From NCBI GenBank assembly GCA_038231435.1, contig JBBRLJ010000025.1:1-64000 (forward strand): DNA of 64,000 bases, written 5' to 3'. Under the pieces are notes generated by a model. The model was not told the DNA's origin. It saw only the letters and a program-made list of their open reading frames with translations, and did no database searches. This DNA comes from Planctomycetota bacterium. Its GTDB lineage: Bacteria; Planctomycetota; UBA11346. Shown in pieces: positions 18,598 through 28,894 of this stretch. Positions within the stretch are counted from its first letter, which is position 1. Each line of letters opens with the position of its first letter. The position numbers and the translations under genes were made by a program.

Positions 18598-19218
18598 ATG
18601 TTCGACAAATCACCCCCCTCCAGCTCCGGCTCCGCCAAGTCCAAGGCACGTACCCGGTACCATGACCTGGCGCCGCTGGTCGGGAACACCTGGGCAAGCT
18701 TCTTCAGCCGCTTCCGCCCCGATGAGACGGATTTCGAGCTCGCGCACTACCGCGAGGAGGCAGCCGCGATCACCGCCGAGCTGGCCAAGATCGGACCGGG
18801 CGAGCAACCTGATCCGCAGGTGTGCGTGGATATGCTGAAGATGCTCGACCACTTCGGCCAGACGCGCTTCGACGAGCAGAACCAGCGCATCGACGAATTG
18901 ATGGACCTGTGCGAGCAGATGCGCTCGCGCCTCGAGGCCAGCGAGCTGGCGCGCAGCCATCAAGAGGACGAGTTGGGCCACTGCACCGCGATCGCGAATG
19001 CCGCGCTCGAGGAGCACGACCTCGGCCCGCCCGAGGGCCTGCCGCATCCGCCGCGCCTGCACAATCTCTTCAACCACCTGCTCGCGCACCTCGAGCCGTC
19101 CGCGAATCGCATGGACACGGCGACCTATCGCCGACGCTCGCCGCTCACGCCCAAGCCCGAGGATCCGCCATCGCTGTTCGATTACGACCGCTTACGCAGG
19201 CTGTTCCGTAAAGGCTGA
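18598..19218 (+). CDS. Hypothetical helical protein
   Basis: 206-aa ORF with genome-like codon usage; no recognised motif. Confidence 0.6.
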   Translation: MFDKSPPSSSGSAKSKARTRYHDLAPLVGNTWASFFSRFRPDETDFELAHYREEAAAITAELAKIGPGEQPDPQVCVDMLKMLDHFGQTRFDEQNQRIDELMDLCEQMRSRLEASELARSHQEDELGHCTAIANAALEEHDLGPPEGLPHPPRLHNLFNHLLAHLEPSANRMDTATYRRRSPLTPKPEDPPSLFDYDRLRRLFRKG

Positions 19219-19601
19219 GCCCGAGCGGGTTCATTCACGATCCGTGGTGGAACCGATGCGCGGAGGCGCTGCGACTCGAAGCCACTTTCCACGTGGCGCT
19301 CGACGCGGCTGAAGATCCGGGTCATCAACGGATCGTCCGGATTGTAGTCGGGCGGGATCTCGAGCGCGGTGAAGCGACCGTGGGCGACCGCGATTTCAGA
19401 CATCTCCACGACCCGGAAGAGCTTCCAACCATGGCGAGATCCGGCACGCGGCGGACCGGTGAGTTGCCAGGCGCGCAGCAATTCGCCATCGGCGCTGCCC
19501 AGGCCGTAGACCAGGGGGATCACGAGCCGCTGTACGCCGTGGTAGCGGAAGCGGATCAGCTGGCGCGCGCGGATCGCAGAGGCGATGGTCGGGTGGAGCA
19601 T
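19182..19601 (-). CDS. Stand-alone WYL-like domain protein
   Basis: I..AI.....I.F.Y.G..R.V.P..YG......LLRAWQ...GWKLFR pattern. Confidence 0.6.
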   Translation of the reverse strand: MLHPTIASAIRARQLIRFRYHGVQRLVIPLVYGLGSADGELLRAWQLTGPPRAGSRHGWKLFRVVEMSEIAVAHGRFTALEIPPDYNPDDPLMTRIFSRVERHVESGFESQRLRASVPPRIVNEPARAQPLRNSLRKRS

Positions 19602-19728
19602 CGTCCCACAGTATATCCATGCACACCGAGTCATGCACGGCGATCGGCCTCCCCTGCCACAGCCGCCTCCGCCTTTCCCAGCTCTGAGCCGCAGTGGATC
19701 AGGATCGTGCAAGATGAGGGAGCGGGAG

Positions 19729-20448
19729 CTATGGAGCGTGCACGTCGGCGAACAGCAGCATGCGACCGAGCCGTTCCTCCTTGTCGGGATCGAATCCGCA
19801 GGTTGCGGTGAACACGCGCGGATTCTCATAGGTGCCGAAGAGCATGTCCCACCACACGATGTCCCCGTAATTGTTGCGGTGCAGGCCGTGCTGGTGATGG
19901 ATCCGGTGCATCTCGGGACGCTGGAAGAACCAGCCCACCCAGCGCGGCGTGGTCACGCTGGTGTGGTAGAAGAATTCCCCGAGCGCACAGCACGCGGTGT
20001 AGCAGGCGGCCCCTTCGACGCCGAGGCCGAGCACCACGTAGGTCAGCACGCTGCCGATCAGCGAATTCACCACCATCTCGAGCGGGTGCTTGTAGAACGA
20101 CGTGATCAGTTCGATGCGCCGCGGGCTGTGATGGATCTGATGGAACCCGCGCCACAGGAAGTCCACTTCGTGACGCCAACGGTGCCACCAATAGAAGACG
20201 AAGGTGCCGATGACATAGGCGAGGAAACCGCCGACCAGCCACGGCACCGTGCCGCCGAGATGAAACAGCGACCAACGAGAAAACCAGCGGTCCCAGGTGA
20301 CGCCAGCGAGCAGGACCACCGCCACCTGCACGAGATTGACCGCCACCACCCGTAGCGGCCAGGAACGCACGCTCGGCAGTCGCCAGCCTGGTCGCAATCG
20401 CTCGAGCACCATGCAGGCGAGCCCGATGGCGATGAGGTAGGGCAGCAT
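19729..20448 (-). CDS. Sterol desaturase/fatty acid hydroxylase family protein
   Basis: His boxes YWWHRWRH, HQIHH, HRIHH; NYG..WWD.LFGT. Confidence 0.9.
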   Translation of the reverse strand: MLPYLIAIGLACMVLERLRPGWRLPSVRSWPLRVVAVNLVQVAVVLLAGVTWDRWFSRWSLFHLGGTVPWLVGGFLAYVIGTFVFYWWHRWRHEVDFLWRGFHQIHHSPRRIELITSFYKHPLEMVVNSLIGSVLTYVVLGLGVEGAACYTACCALGEFFYHTSVTTPRWVGWFFQRPEMHRIHHQHGLHRNNYGDIVWWDMLFGTYENPRVFTATCGFDPDKEERLGRMLLFADVHAP

Positions 20449-20586
20449 GACAATAAGATAGCTAACGATTACTTTAATCGAGTATAACTTCTAAGTAACT
20501 GTCATACAGTAACTTGGGATTCAGGGGATGGGGCGTGGAGTGGAATGCCCCATGCCAAGACGGCAAAATCGTGGTAGTATCATGCT

Positions 20587-22431
20587 ATGGGCTTCCGTCG
20601 AACCATCTCCCCGATCCTCGTCTGTGCGCTGTGTGCTATCGGTGGTGCCGCCGAGACGCCCCCCGATGCCAAGCACCAGGCGGACATGGCTCGGCTCGCC
20701 AAGCAGCTCGATCAAGGCACCGCGTACCAGAAGTCCCAGGCGGCCCAGATGCTGCAGCGTGAAGGCGCGGGCGCGGCCGGCACCGCCGACAGCGTGGTCG
20801 CCACCACCGTGGCCGCCATCGATGCCCGCGATTGGTGGCTGGCAGCGTTGGGCATCGACACCATCTCGGTGATCAAACCCACCGCCCTCGCCGGATGCCT
20901 GCCCAGCGTCGACAAGGCCCTCGCCGCGAGCGGCGATGCGCGTCGCGAGGCGGCGCGCCTGGCGGCGTCGCTCGGTCCAGCGAGCGCCCCGCTGGCCCCC
21001 ACCCTGGCCACCCTCGCGGGTGACCGCGATTGCGCCGTCGACGCCCTGCACGCGCTCGCCGGGATTGGCACATCGTCCAGCTTCGTGATGCCGGCGCTGC
21101 GAGCGGCGGCCCAGAACAAAGATGCCGGCATCGCGACCGCCGCGATCGAGGGCCTCGAGCGCATCGGTCCGACCGCCAAGGACGCCATCCCGACGCTCTG
21201 CGCGGCTCTGGCGCGCCCCGACATCGGGCTGCGGGCCTTGTCAGCGCTGTCCAGCTTCGGACACGCGGCGGCCGACGTGGTGCCCCAGGTGATCGACGCG
21301 GAAGGCAAGGCTCCGGCCGATCAGCGCGCGGCCTTCGTGCGCGCGCTGCAGAAGATCGAGACCAGCGATGGGCCGCCAGTCGCGAAGGATGCGCTGGCTG
21401 CCTGTCACGAAGGCGAGCTCATCGAGTTCGATCTGCAGGTCGACGATGCCGACGATATGCCCGCGTCGCTCTCCGTCGTCTTTACCGGCAGCGCAGCCCA
21501 TGGACAACTCAAGGCCGCCGGCGGCGTTCATGCTATGTACCGCGCCGATTGGGGTTTCGTCGGTGACGAAGCCGTGGCATGGCACGCAAACGATCGTCGC
21601 GCCGATGGCAAGCCGGCGATGCTGACCATCACGATCACGCCCGATACGGCTCCGGCCACGCCTGCATCGGTGATGCTTCCGCCCGATCAGCGCGAGAATC
21701 TGAACATCACCTTCGACAAGCCCCTCGAGAGGACCTCCGCCGAGAAGGCCGAGAATTACGCCATCGATCGGGACGTCAAAGTCATCTCCGCAGCGCTCTC
21801 GGACGACGGACTGTCGGTGGTGCTGCGCACCTCGGGACTGGAGATCGGCGCAACCTACGCTCTCGCCATCCACGGCGTAGCTGATCGCGCCCATACCCCG
21901 GTCACGACCGAATCGGATCACATCGCCTTCACCGCGAGCCAGTACGTGCCCGGACTCACCGGAGAGCTCTTCGCCAACATCAAGCTCGAGGGCAAGCCGG
22001 TCGAGACCAAGAACTGGCCGGGCATCGCCGCTCCCGGCGGACCCTATCCCGATAGACAGGATTACTCGCTGCGCTGGACCGGATTCGTCGAGGCCATGGA
22101 AACCGCGACCTACACCTTCTCGGTGACCTGCGATGATGGCGGCAGGCTGTGGGTGGATGGCAAACCACTCGTCGATTCCTGGAAGGGCCAGGGCGCGACC
22201 GAATACACCGGGACCATCGAACTCGCGGCGCACAGCCTCCATCCCATCACTCTGGAATATTTCCAGGGCGGTGGCGCGCAGGCGCTGACTCTGGCATGGT
22301 CGACGCCGACCATGCCGAAGCAGCCCATCCCGGCCTCGGCATTGCACACGCTCCCGTCGGCCGCACCAGTGCCGTCGACCATGCTGCCCACGAAAATACC
22401 TGCGAAAACGCCTGCGAAGAAGGCGAAATAG
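20587..22431 (+). CDS. Secreted protein with HEAT-like repeats, Ig-like segments and a PA14 domain
   Basis: Signal peptide; L..IGP.AKDAIP.L HEAT motif; CDDGGRLWVDG, LEYFQGGG. Confidence 0.7.
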   Translation: MGFRRTISPILVCALCAIGGAAETPPDAKHQADMARLAKQLDQGTAYQKSQAAQMLQREGAGAAGTADSVVATTVAAIDARDWWLAALGIDTISVIKPTALAGCLPSVDKALAASGDARREAARLAASLGPASAPLAPTLATLAGDRDCAVDALHALAGIGTSSSFVMPALRAAAQNKDAGIATAAIEGLERIGPTAKDAIPTLCAALARPDIGLRALSALSSFGHAAADVVPQVIDAEGKAPADQRAAFVRALQKIETSDGPPVAKDALAACHEGELIEFDLQVDDADDMPASLSVVFTGSAAHGQLKAAGGVHAMYRADWGFVGDEAVAWHANDRRADGKPAMLTITITPDTAPATPASVMLPPDQRENLNITFDKPLERTSAEKAENYAIDRDVKVISAALSDDGLSVVLRTSGLEIGATYALAIHGVADRAHTPVTTESDHIAFTASQYVPGLTGELFANIKLEGKPVETKNWPGIAAPGGPYPDRQDYSLRWTGFVEAMETATYTFSVTCDDGGRLWVDGKPLVDSWKGQGATEYTGTIELAAHSLHPITLEYFQGGGAQALTLAWSTPTMPKQPIPASALHTLPSAAPVPSTMLPTKIPAKTPAKKAK

Positions 22432-22458
22432 GGCACCCGCAAAGCCGGCTCGCCCAGG

Positions 22459-23304
22459 CTACGCTTCGCGGGGAGCGCGCCGATACGCCCGAGGACTGAT
22501 GCCGAACGCGCGGCGGAACTGCGCGTGGAAATGCGAGCGGTTCCCGAAACCGCTCTGCGCGGCGATCTCATCGAGCGCCAGCCCGGTGTGACGGAGCAAT
22601 CCGGCCGCGGTGCGCAGGCGCGCCTCGGTGATCATCTCCATGAAGGTCCGGCCGCAGGCTTCGCGCACCGCGTGGCCAGTCCGGCTATCGCTCAGTCCGA
22701 GCGCTCGCGCGAGTTCGCCGAGCGAAACCCGTGGATCGGCATGCCGGCGGATGATGAAATGGCGGATGGTGGTGGCTCGGGGCAACGGCATCCGTCGTTC
22801 GTGCGGGCCATGTTCGCGGCTCCAGGCGGCGATGCGCTCGCCGAGCTGACGCAGCGATTCCAGGATCCACGCCGCTTCCTCGTCGTCGACGGCTGGCAGA
22901 GCGGCGACGCGCGCGCTCCATGGCCCCGCCCGCGGCAGGGGAGAAGGATCGGCGAGGACCTTGTCCAGGCGCGCTCCGGGGCGCCTGACTCCGGCGAAGA
23001 TGATCGATTGCAGGCTCCCCCCGCTGATCAGCGGCACCACCCATTCCACCAAGCCGGCGTGGCAGACCTTGACCAGTCCGGCCGGCGCGGCGCCGGCGCG
23101 CTGGTGCACAAGCTCGGCATCGAAGGCACTGCAAGCCGGCTGGCGCAGGGTCTTGATCGAACGGCACAGGGGATTGAGGTGTTCGAAGCGGTCTGGCGAC
23201 AGGAAAGGCCACAAGCTTCGGCTGTGATCATGGATACAAACATGGAGTTTCGTCAGCCTTTCGAAGGCTTCGATAGCTATCGCGGGCACGGCTCCATCGT
23301 CCAT
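22459..23304 (-). CDS. AraC family regulator with PocR-like sensory domain
   Basis: CHAGLVE.VVP motif; GF.N.SHF...FR...G.SP..YR. Confidence 0.8.
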   Translation of the reverse strand: MDDGAVPAIAIEAFERLTKLHVCIHDHSRSLWPFLSPDRFEHLNPLCRSIKTLRQPACSAFDAELVHQRAGAAPAGLVKVCHAGLVEWVVPLISGGSLQSIIFAGVRRPGARLDKVLADPSPLPRAGPWSARVAALPAVDDEEAAWILESLRQLGERIAAWSREHGPHERRMPLPRATTIRHFIIRRHADPRVSLGELARALGLSDSRTGHAVREACGRTFMEMITEARLRTAAGLLRHTGLALDEIAAQSGFGNRSHFHAQFRRAFGISPRAYRRAPREA

Positions 23305-23389
23305 TGCAGCAGAATACCATACAAAGACGACCGATGAAGCCTCATCACCAGGATTGCCGGAGTGGCGCCCGGATGCGATGGTGGCGAGC

Positions 23390-26146
23390 ATGCCCACCTC
23401 CTATCAGCCGCTCCTCTCCCGCACCTTCGATGTCGCCATCTTCGGAGGCGGTTACGCCGGATTCGCCGCGGTCACGCGGGTGCGCGTGGCCGGACTCTCG
23501 TGCCTGTGGGTCGATCGCGCCGCGGCGCTGCTGTGGGAGGGCGGTTGGGCCGGTCACGTCGAGGCCGGCTCGAATGACCTGCCAGGATGGCAGGCCTGGC
23601 AGACGCGGCTCGCCGCCAACGGCGGCTGGCAGCGGGGGCTCATCGATGGCGCCATCGCCGAGGTCGCCGCCGCCTGCGTGGTCCGCGAGCAAGGGTGGGA
23701 TGTGCTCGCCTACGCCACGCCGATGGCGGTCGAACGGCGCGATGACCAGGTGGTGGGCGTGATCGTCGGCAGCAAGTCCGGACTCCAACGCATCGCCGCG
23801 CGTCGGTGGCTCGATGCGACCGAGGATGGCGAACTGATCCGCCTGCTCGGAGTGAAGCCCACGCAGCCTGACACGCGCACGGTGGCCGTGACGTTGCGCC
23901 ATGTGGCCTGGGACGCGGATGCGCCCGGCATTCCCGGAGTGTGGCCGGATGAGCGGCGCGTGATCGCGACGCTCGATCCTGGCGAAAGCGCGCAGGCGGG
24001 ATGGCTGCGGGTGCTGCCCGCCGCATTGGGACGAGCGGTGGTAACCCACGCCGCCGTGGTGCCGTTCAACACCTGGAAGGGCTCCGCGGCGCCGCGCCTG
24101 CCGGCCAACGTCCGCGCGGCGGTACCAGCCTTCGCACCGTCGCCGCTCGCCACGCTCGCCGATCGCTACGCGTTCGGCCATGAGGTGGCCGAAGATCTGC
24201 TGTCGGCGGCGGCGGCGAAGCCCATGGCGGTCGACGCGCCCATGCCCGAGATCGAAGCCCGTGACCTGCCGGCGGTGGATGTGGCAGTGGCCGGCACCGG
24301 CACCGGTGGCGCCGTGGCGGCGCTCGCCGCCGCCGACTCCGGCGCGACGGTCACCGCCTTCGATCCACTGCCCTTCGCCGGCGGCATCGGCGCTGGCGGT
24401 GGCATCCACTGGTACTACTTCGGCATGAAGGGCGGCCTGCAGGAGCGGGTCGACGATCGGGTCCGCGCGCTGATGCCACGTTTCGCAGCGAGCGGACAGA
24501 TCCAGGGCTTCCATCCGGATGCAAAGAAGGCCGCCCTCGACCATCTCCTCGGCGCGGCCGGGGTGCGTCCGTTCATCGGCACCCTGGTCAGCGTGCGCCG
24601 CACCGGACGCGTCATCCGCGATGCGCTGATCGCCACGCCCGAAGGCCCGGTGCGGCTCACCGCCAAGGCTTGGATCGACGCCACCGGTGATGGCGACCTG
24701 TGCGCGCGCGCCGGCTGCGAATCGCGCTTCGGCCGCGCCGGCGATGGCCTGCCGCATGCCTTCAGCCAATCCTCGGGCAGCGCCTGGGAGAAGGATGGCG
24801 TGGTGCGCATGGGCGTGGTCAACTTCGATCAGGGCTTCGTCGACGCGACCGACATCGCCGACCTGACTCGCGCGCGGCTGCTGGGCATCGCGCAGCATCG
24901 GCGCGAATGCTACGAGGGCGGCGGCCGGCCCAACTACATCGCTCCGGCTATCGGCCTGCGCCAATCGCGGCACATCGTCACCCGCACCACCCTGGAGCTC
25001 ACCGACCTGATCGAACGCCGCACCTTCGCCGATGCGATCGGCTACACCGGCTGCCACTACGACAACCACGCCAGCGACTACGAGTTCGAATCCGACGAAG
25101 GCCTGTTCTGGGTGTGGGCATGCCGAGCCTGGAGCGCCCGCACCGCCTGCGAGATCCCCTACGGCATCCTGGTGCCGAAGGACGTCGACAACGCCTGGAT
25201 CGCCTGCCGAGCCCTGGGCGTGAGCCAGGACGCCCACCACAGCTTGCGCATGCAGCGCGACATGCAGCGCATCGGCGAGGTCGCGGGACGCGCGGCGAGC
25301 CAGCATGCACGCGCGGGCGTCGTCGACCTGGCGCGCCTGCGCGCCGAGCTCACCGCCTCTGGAGCCCTGGAGCTGCGCAAGGCCGACGACAGCTTCGGCC
25401 CCGATACCGATCCGGCGTGGTTCGCGAAGTCAGTCGACGAATTGCGCGACGCGGACTGGAGCAAGGCCGGCTACGCCATGTGGCGGCTCTACCAGGCGCG
25501 CGACGCGGCCGCGCTGCGTCCGCTCCTGGATGACGCGGCGGTGTCGTGGCGCGCGGCGGCGGTCCTGGCGCTGCTCGGCGACGCCAGCGCGCGCCCCAGG
25601 CTGTGGCAGGCGATCGCCACGCGCGAGGACGGCTTCGCCGACCAGCCCGAACAGCAGCGTCCGGCGGCGTGCAATCGCGCGGTGCCGGTGTGGCGCCAGG
25701 CGCTCGGACTGATGCGCTGCTGCGGCGAAACCGCCGACATCATCCGCTTGGAATCCGAGCTGCGCGATCAGGAGCTCAGCTGGGGCCTCGCGACCCAGAT
25801 CGCCACCACCGTCGAGCGCCTGGCCCGGCGCGGGGGAGCCATGGCGGCGCGCGAACCAGGCGCCGCGCTGCTCCACCGCTGCTTGACCGCCACCCGCGGC
25901 GCCCAGCGCGACCCGCAGGAAAACCACAACCGCGCTGCCGCTCCGGTGGGCAAGGTGGAGCCCACTGATCGTGCGCCGGTACGCGACGATGCCACCTGGC
26001 AGCTGGTATTCGCGGTGGCACGCGCGCGCCAGGCCCTGGGCCTGGCGCTGCCGCTGCCCGCTGAATTGGCCAACGACGACCGCGCCGTGGTGCGCCGCGC
26101 CTTCGCCAAGCTCGGAGCCGGCTCGATGGCGGCCGCCGCTCGGTGA
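23390..26146 (+). CDS. FAD-dependent oxidoreductase (two FAD_oxidored-like modules plus helical C-terminus)
   Basis: DVAIFGGGYAG and DVAVAGTGTGG Rossmann motifs; DATEDGEL/DATGDGDL; EIPYG.LVP. Confidence 0.75.
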   Translation: MPTSYQPLLSRTFDVAIFGGGYAGFAAVTRVRVAGLSCLWVDRAAALLWEGGWAGHVEAGSNDLPGWQAWQTRLAANGGWQRGLIDGAIAEVAAACVVREQGWDVLAYATPMAVERRDDQVVGVIVGSKSGLQRIAARRWLDATEDGELIRLLGVKPTQPDTRTVAVTLRHVAWDADAPGIPGVWPDERRVIATLDPGESAQAGWLRVLPAALGRAVVTHAAVVPFNTWKGSAAPRLPANVRAAVPAFAPSPLATLADRYAFGHEVAEDLLSAAAAKPMAVDAPMPEIEARDLPAVDVAVAGTGTGGAVAALAAADSGATVTAFDPLPFAGGIGAGGGIHWYYFGMKGGLQERVDDRVRALMPRFAASGQIQGFHPDAKKAALDHLLGAAGVRPFIGTLVSVRRTGRVIRDALIATPEGPVRLTAKAWIDATGDGDLCARAGCESRFGRAGDGLPHAFSQSSGSAWEKDGVVRMGVVNFDQGFVDATDIADLTRARLLGIAQHRRECYEGGGRPNYIAPAIGLRQSRHIVTRTTLELTDLIERRTFADAIGYTGCHYDNHASDYEFESDEGLFWVWACRAWSARTACEIPYGILVPKDVDNAWIACRALGVSQDAHHSLRMQRDMQRIGEVAGRAASQHARAGVVDLARLRAELTASGALELRKADDSFGPDTDPAWFAKSVDELRDADWSKAGYAMWRLYQARDAAALRPLLDDAAVSWRAAAVLALLGDASARPRLWQAIATREDGFADQPEQQRPAACNRAVPVWRQALGLMRCCGETADIIRLESELRDQELSWGLATQIATTVERLARRGGAMAAREPGAALLHRCLTATRGAQRDPQENHNRAAAPVGKVEPTDRAPVRDDATWQLVFAVARARQALGLALPLPAELANDDRAVVRRAFAKLGAGSMAAAAR

Positions 26147-26227
26147 AGACCAGGGGCTCCGCGATCCTGGTGATTTCGCCCCTTGCGAATCGCATTTGGC
26201 CCTGTCAGTAACCTAGCGAGGCGGGTA

Positions 26228-26611
26228 TTATTTTTTGGCTTTAAGGGCGTCGAGTTCCTGAGACTTTTCCGCAAGAGCATTTTTCACTGTAGTTAGCTCC
26301 GCGTTAAGCTTCTGCATCGCCGCCCGTGCCACTTCGGGGTCATGATCCATGCGCCATTCTTTTTCGTGCACCGCGTTTACCCACATCGCATGTATACATT
26401 CGGATATTTGATCCAAGTTTACTGAATGTTGTTTAACCCATGCCTTTATTTCGTCTTTGCGCTTATCCACGGGTAAGGCCTCGAGCTGCGCGAAGAGCTT
26501 GCTCGCTTCAGTAGGTTCCGACTTAGGGAATGTCTGACCCGGCTTGATCTCCTCGGAAAATACGCTCGCTCCCAGAAAACCTATGAGACAGACAATGCTC
26601 AGATATTTCAT
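26228..26611 (-). CDS. Hypothetical secreted protein, AT-richer than host genes
   Basis: 127-aa ORF with signal peptide and atypical codon usage. Confidence 0.65.
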   Translation of the reverse strand: MKYLSIVCLIGFLGASVFSEEIKPGQTFPKSEPTEASKLFAQLEALPVDKRKDEIKAWVKQHSVNLDQISECIHAMWVNAVHEKEWRMDHDPEVARAAMQKLNAELTTVKNALAEKSQELDALKAKK

Positions 26612-26741
26612 GATAATTTCCTTCGTAATGTGTACGAGATTATTGATGTACTAAAACATTCAGAACAAGCAGGTTGTTGTTAACTGATGGCATTGAACGC
26701 TCCCAAGCCCGTGACCGTTTGCTACGAGGCTAATCCTGAGT

Positions 26742-26914
26742 CTAACCGCCCGCCAACCGGCACAGCAGCTCGGCCCCCGCCTTCAGCGTGTCGTCCGGCA
26801 CCGAGTAGCAGATGTGGAAGCACGTGTTTCCGCTCGCTGAACTCGCTGCCGGGAATGATCAGGCACGTGTTGGCACGCCTTGTCGACGCACTGGTCACAG
26901 GTCCTGCCCTTCGG
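26742..26914 (-). pseudogene. Decayed copy of the 3' end of the aminotransferase gene at 28895-30025
   Basis: Reads FHICYSVPDDTLKAGAELLCRLAGG* versus intact FRICYTVPDDKLKQGAELLCRLAKG; upstream part carries frameshifting indels. Confidence 0.8.
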
Positions 26915-26954
26915 AATGCTCGTCACTGTCACTCTACGCTGGCCCGCTCCGCCC

Positions 26955-28745
26955 CTATCGCACTACGATCCCATCCGGGACGGAATATTGCACCGGCGAC
27001 CCGAGCGCATCCCGCGCGATCCGTAGCGGCCCGAACGGCGTCGGCACGGTCGCCTGGTAAGCCCACGCCACTGGCGCGGGCGGGTGCAGCGCGACCTCGG
27101 CGAAGCCGGGAGCAAGCGGCTCGACACCGAGCAGCCAGCGGGTGGTCAGCGGCACCAGACCGGATCCCCAGCCATGGCAGAGGCTCTTGGGGAAGCCGTG
27201 CAACCCCCAGCGCGCGAAGCCGGTGACGTCGGGCTCGAAGGATTCCCACACCGTTGCGCCGTCGTTCGGGACCAGCATCGCCTCGAGGTACGCGCCCATG
27301 CGCGAGAGCGCGCCAAGCGGATCGCCGCAAGCCGCGCGCCCCCACTGCTCGTAGAACTGGTAGAAGGGCGTGATGATGCCCGGCACCGTGGGGTCATCGA
27401 AGACCGCCAGCGACGCGGCGCGCATGGATGCATCGAGCACGCCTGCGAGCGCCGCACGCGCCGCGGCATGGCGTGACGGCCGGCTCGGGCCGAAGCGCTG
27501 CGACTCGAGGTAGCTGAGGCGATGGTGGAGGCCCGGCGAGTGCGGCATCGCCCAGATCTCCTCCGCGGTCGCCCTTTCGAGCGTGTGCGGGAAGCCCCCC
27601 GGTCGCCACAGCTCGCGCGCGATCAGCGGCGCGAGCGTCTCGCGCGCCGCCGACCACGCCGAGGCGTCCTCGTCATGTCCGAGCCAGCACGCGACCTGCG
27701 CCGCGTGGCCGAGCGCCTCGCACCACGCGCACTGCAGCCACGGCAGCTCCTCGAAGCGACCGCCAAGCGGCTGCGGCGACCAGTCGATGAAACCGATGCC
27801 GAAGAAATACTCGACGCCCTCGCGATGGACGAGGCGCAGCCGGGAATCGACCTGGGTGCCCAGCACCCATCCGAGGAACGCCCGCATGCGCCGGTAGATC
27901 TCGGGGATGGCGGGACGCGCGCTGCCGTGCGCCACCAGCAGCTGGCGCAGCATCGCGCAGGCGTCGAACGAGAACGCCGGGATGCCGTTCGCCCACTTGT
28001 GCTCCGGCCACTCGAGCAGCATGCCCTCGGCGGATCCTGGCGCTGCGAATCCGGCGTCGAGGCTGGCCTGGGTGATCCGCGCGTCCCCGTACCAGCCGTG
28101 GCGGTCGCGCTTGATGCCGTCCCAGAACGCGCGCGGCCGCGTGCACGCGCGCGCGGTGTACAGCGACGTCTGCCACAGGCGCTGGAACAGCGGATCGCCG
28201 CAGCGGAAATCGCCGACGCGCGCGCCTCCCGCCAGCCGCACGATCGCGCAGACGCGCACCGCGACGGCGCCGTCGAAGGCGTCGACGCGCACGTAGCGGA
28301 AACCTCGAGCGGCGAACACCCGCTTCGCGGATCCCACGGCGAGCGGCCACGATTCCTTCGCGGGCGGGAATCCGTTGCTCGGGGACGGCGGCAGACCCCA
28401 GCCGCAGGCCTCGGGCAGGCTTTCGCCCCAGGAGACGAACAGCGCCGCCGGCGATGCGGCCTCGACGGTGAGCTCGAGCTCGGCATCGAGCTCGGTGCCG
28501 AAGTCGATCACCACCCCAACGCCGCGGGACGGATGAGGCGTCAGCCGGATCGGCGACTGAGCCGCGAAGGGATCGAGGTCCTCGGCCGACGCGAGGCGCT
28601 CGGGCGCGAGGCCATCGGCGACGCGCCATGGGCCCATGCGGAACACCTGCAGGCCGGCGTCGGCCCCCTCGGCGATGAGCGGCGCGGCGTCATCGCGACC
28701 GTACAACGGATCGGGGCTGAGGCTGGCGGGATGCAGTCGCGGCAT
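26955..28745 (-). CDS. Alpha-L-rhamnosidase-like glycoside hydrolase (GH78-like)
   Basis: IDFG.E, GFRYV, DGIKRDR..W.GD, GATVWE, SLCHGWG, LGV.P..PGF. Confidence 0.8.
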   Translation of the reverse strand: MPRLHPASLSPDPLYGRDDAAPLIAEGADAGLQVFRMGPWRVADGLAPERLASAEDLDPFAAQSPIRLTPHPSRGVGVVIDFGTELDAELELTVEAASPAALFVSWGESLPEACGWGLPPSPSNGFPPAKESWPLAVGSAKRVFAARGFRYVRVDAFDGAVAVRVCAIVRLAGGARVGDFRCGDPLFQRLWQTSLYTARACTRPRAFWDGIKRDRHGWYGDARITQASLDAGFAAPGSAEGMLLEWPEHKWANGIPAFSFDACAMLRQLLVAHGSARPAIPEIYRRMRAFLGWVLGTQVDSRLRLVHREGVEYFFGIGFIDWSPQPLGGRFEELPWLQCAWCEALGHAAQVACWLGHDEDASAWSAARETLAPLIARELWRPGGFPHTLERATAEEIWAMPHSPGLHHRLSYLESQRFGPSRPSRHAAARAALAGVLDASMRAASLAVFDDPTVPGIITPFYQFYEQWGRAACGDPLGALSRMGAYLEAMLVPNDGATVWESFEPDVTGFARWGLHGFPKSLCHGWGSGLVPLTTRWLLGVEPLAPGFAEVALHPPAPVAWAYQATVPTPFGPLRIARDALGSPVQYSVPDGIVVR

Positions 28746-28894
28746 CGGTTATCCTGATCAGTGCGGCGCAGAGACGGGACGACCCCGTCATCGGGGCGCA
28801 GGTCGCGACCTTCACCGCCGCGGCGCCGCCTGCAAGTCGGCAGCCCGCGCGGAGCAGGCGCCTTGTGCCACCAGCGCCGGGGATCCTCGGTGCG

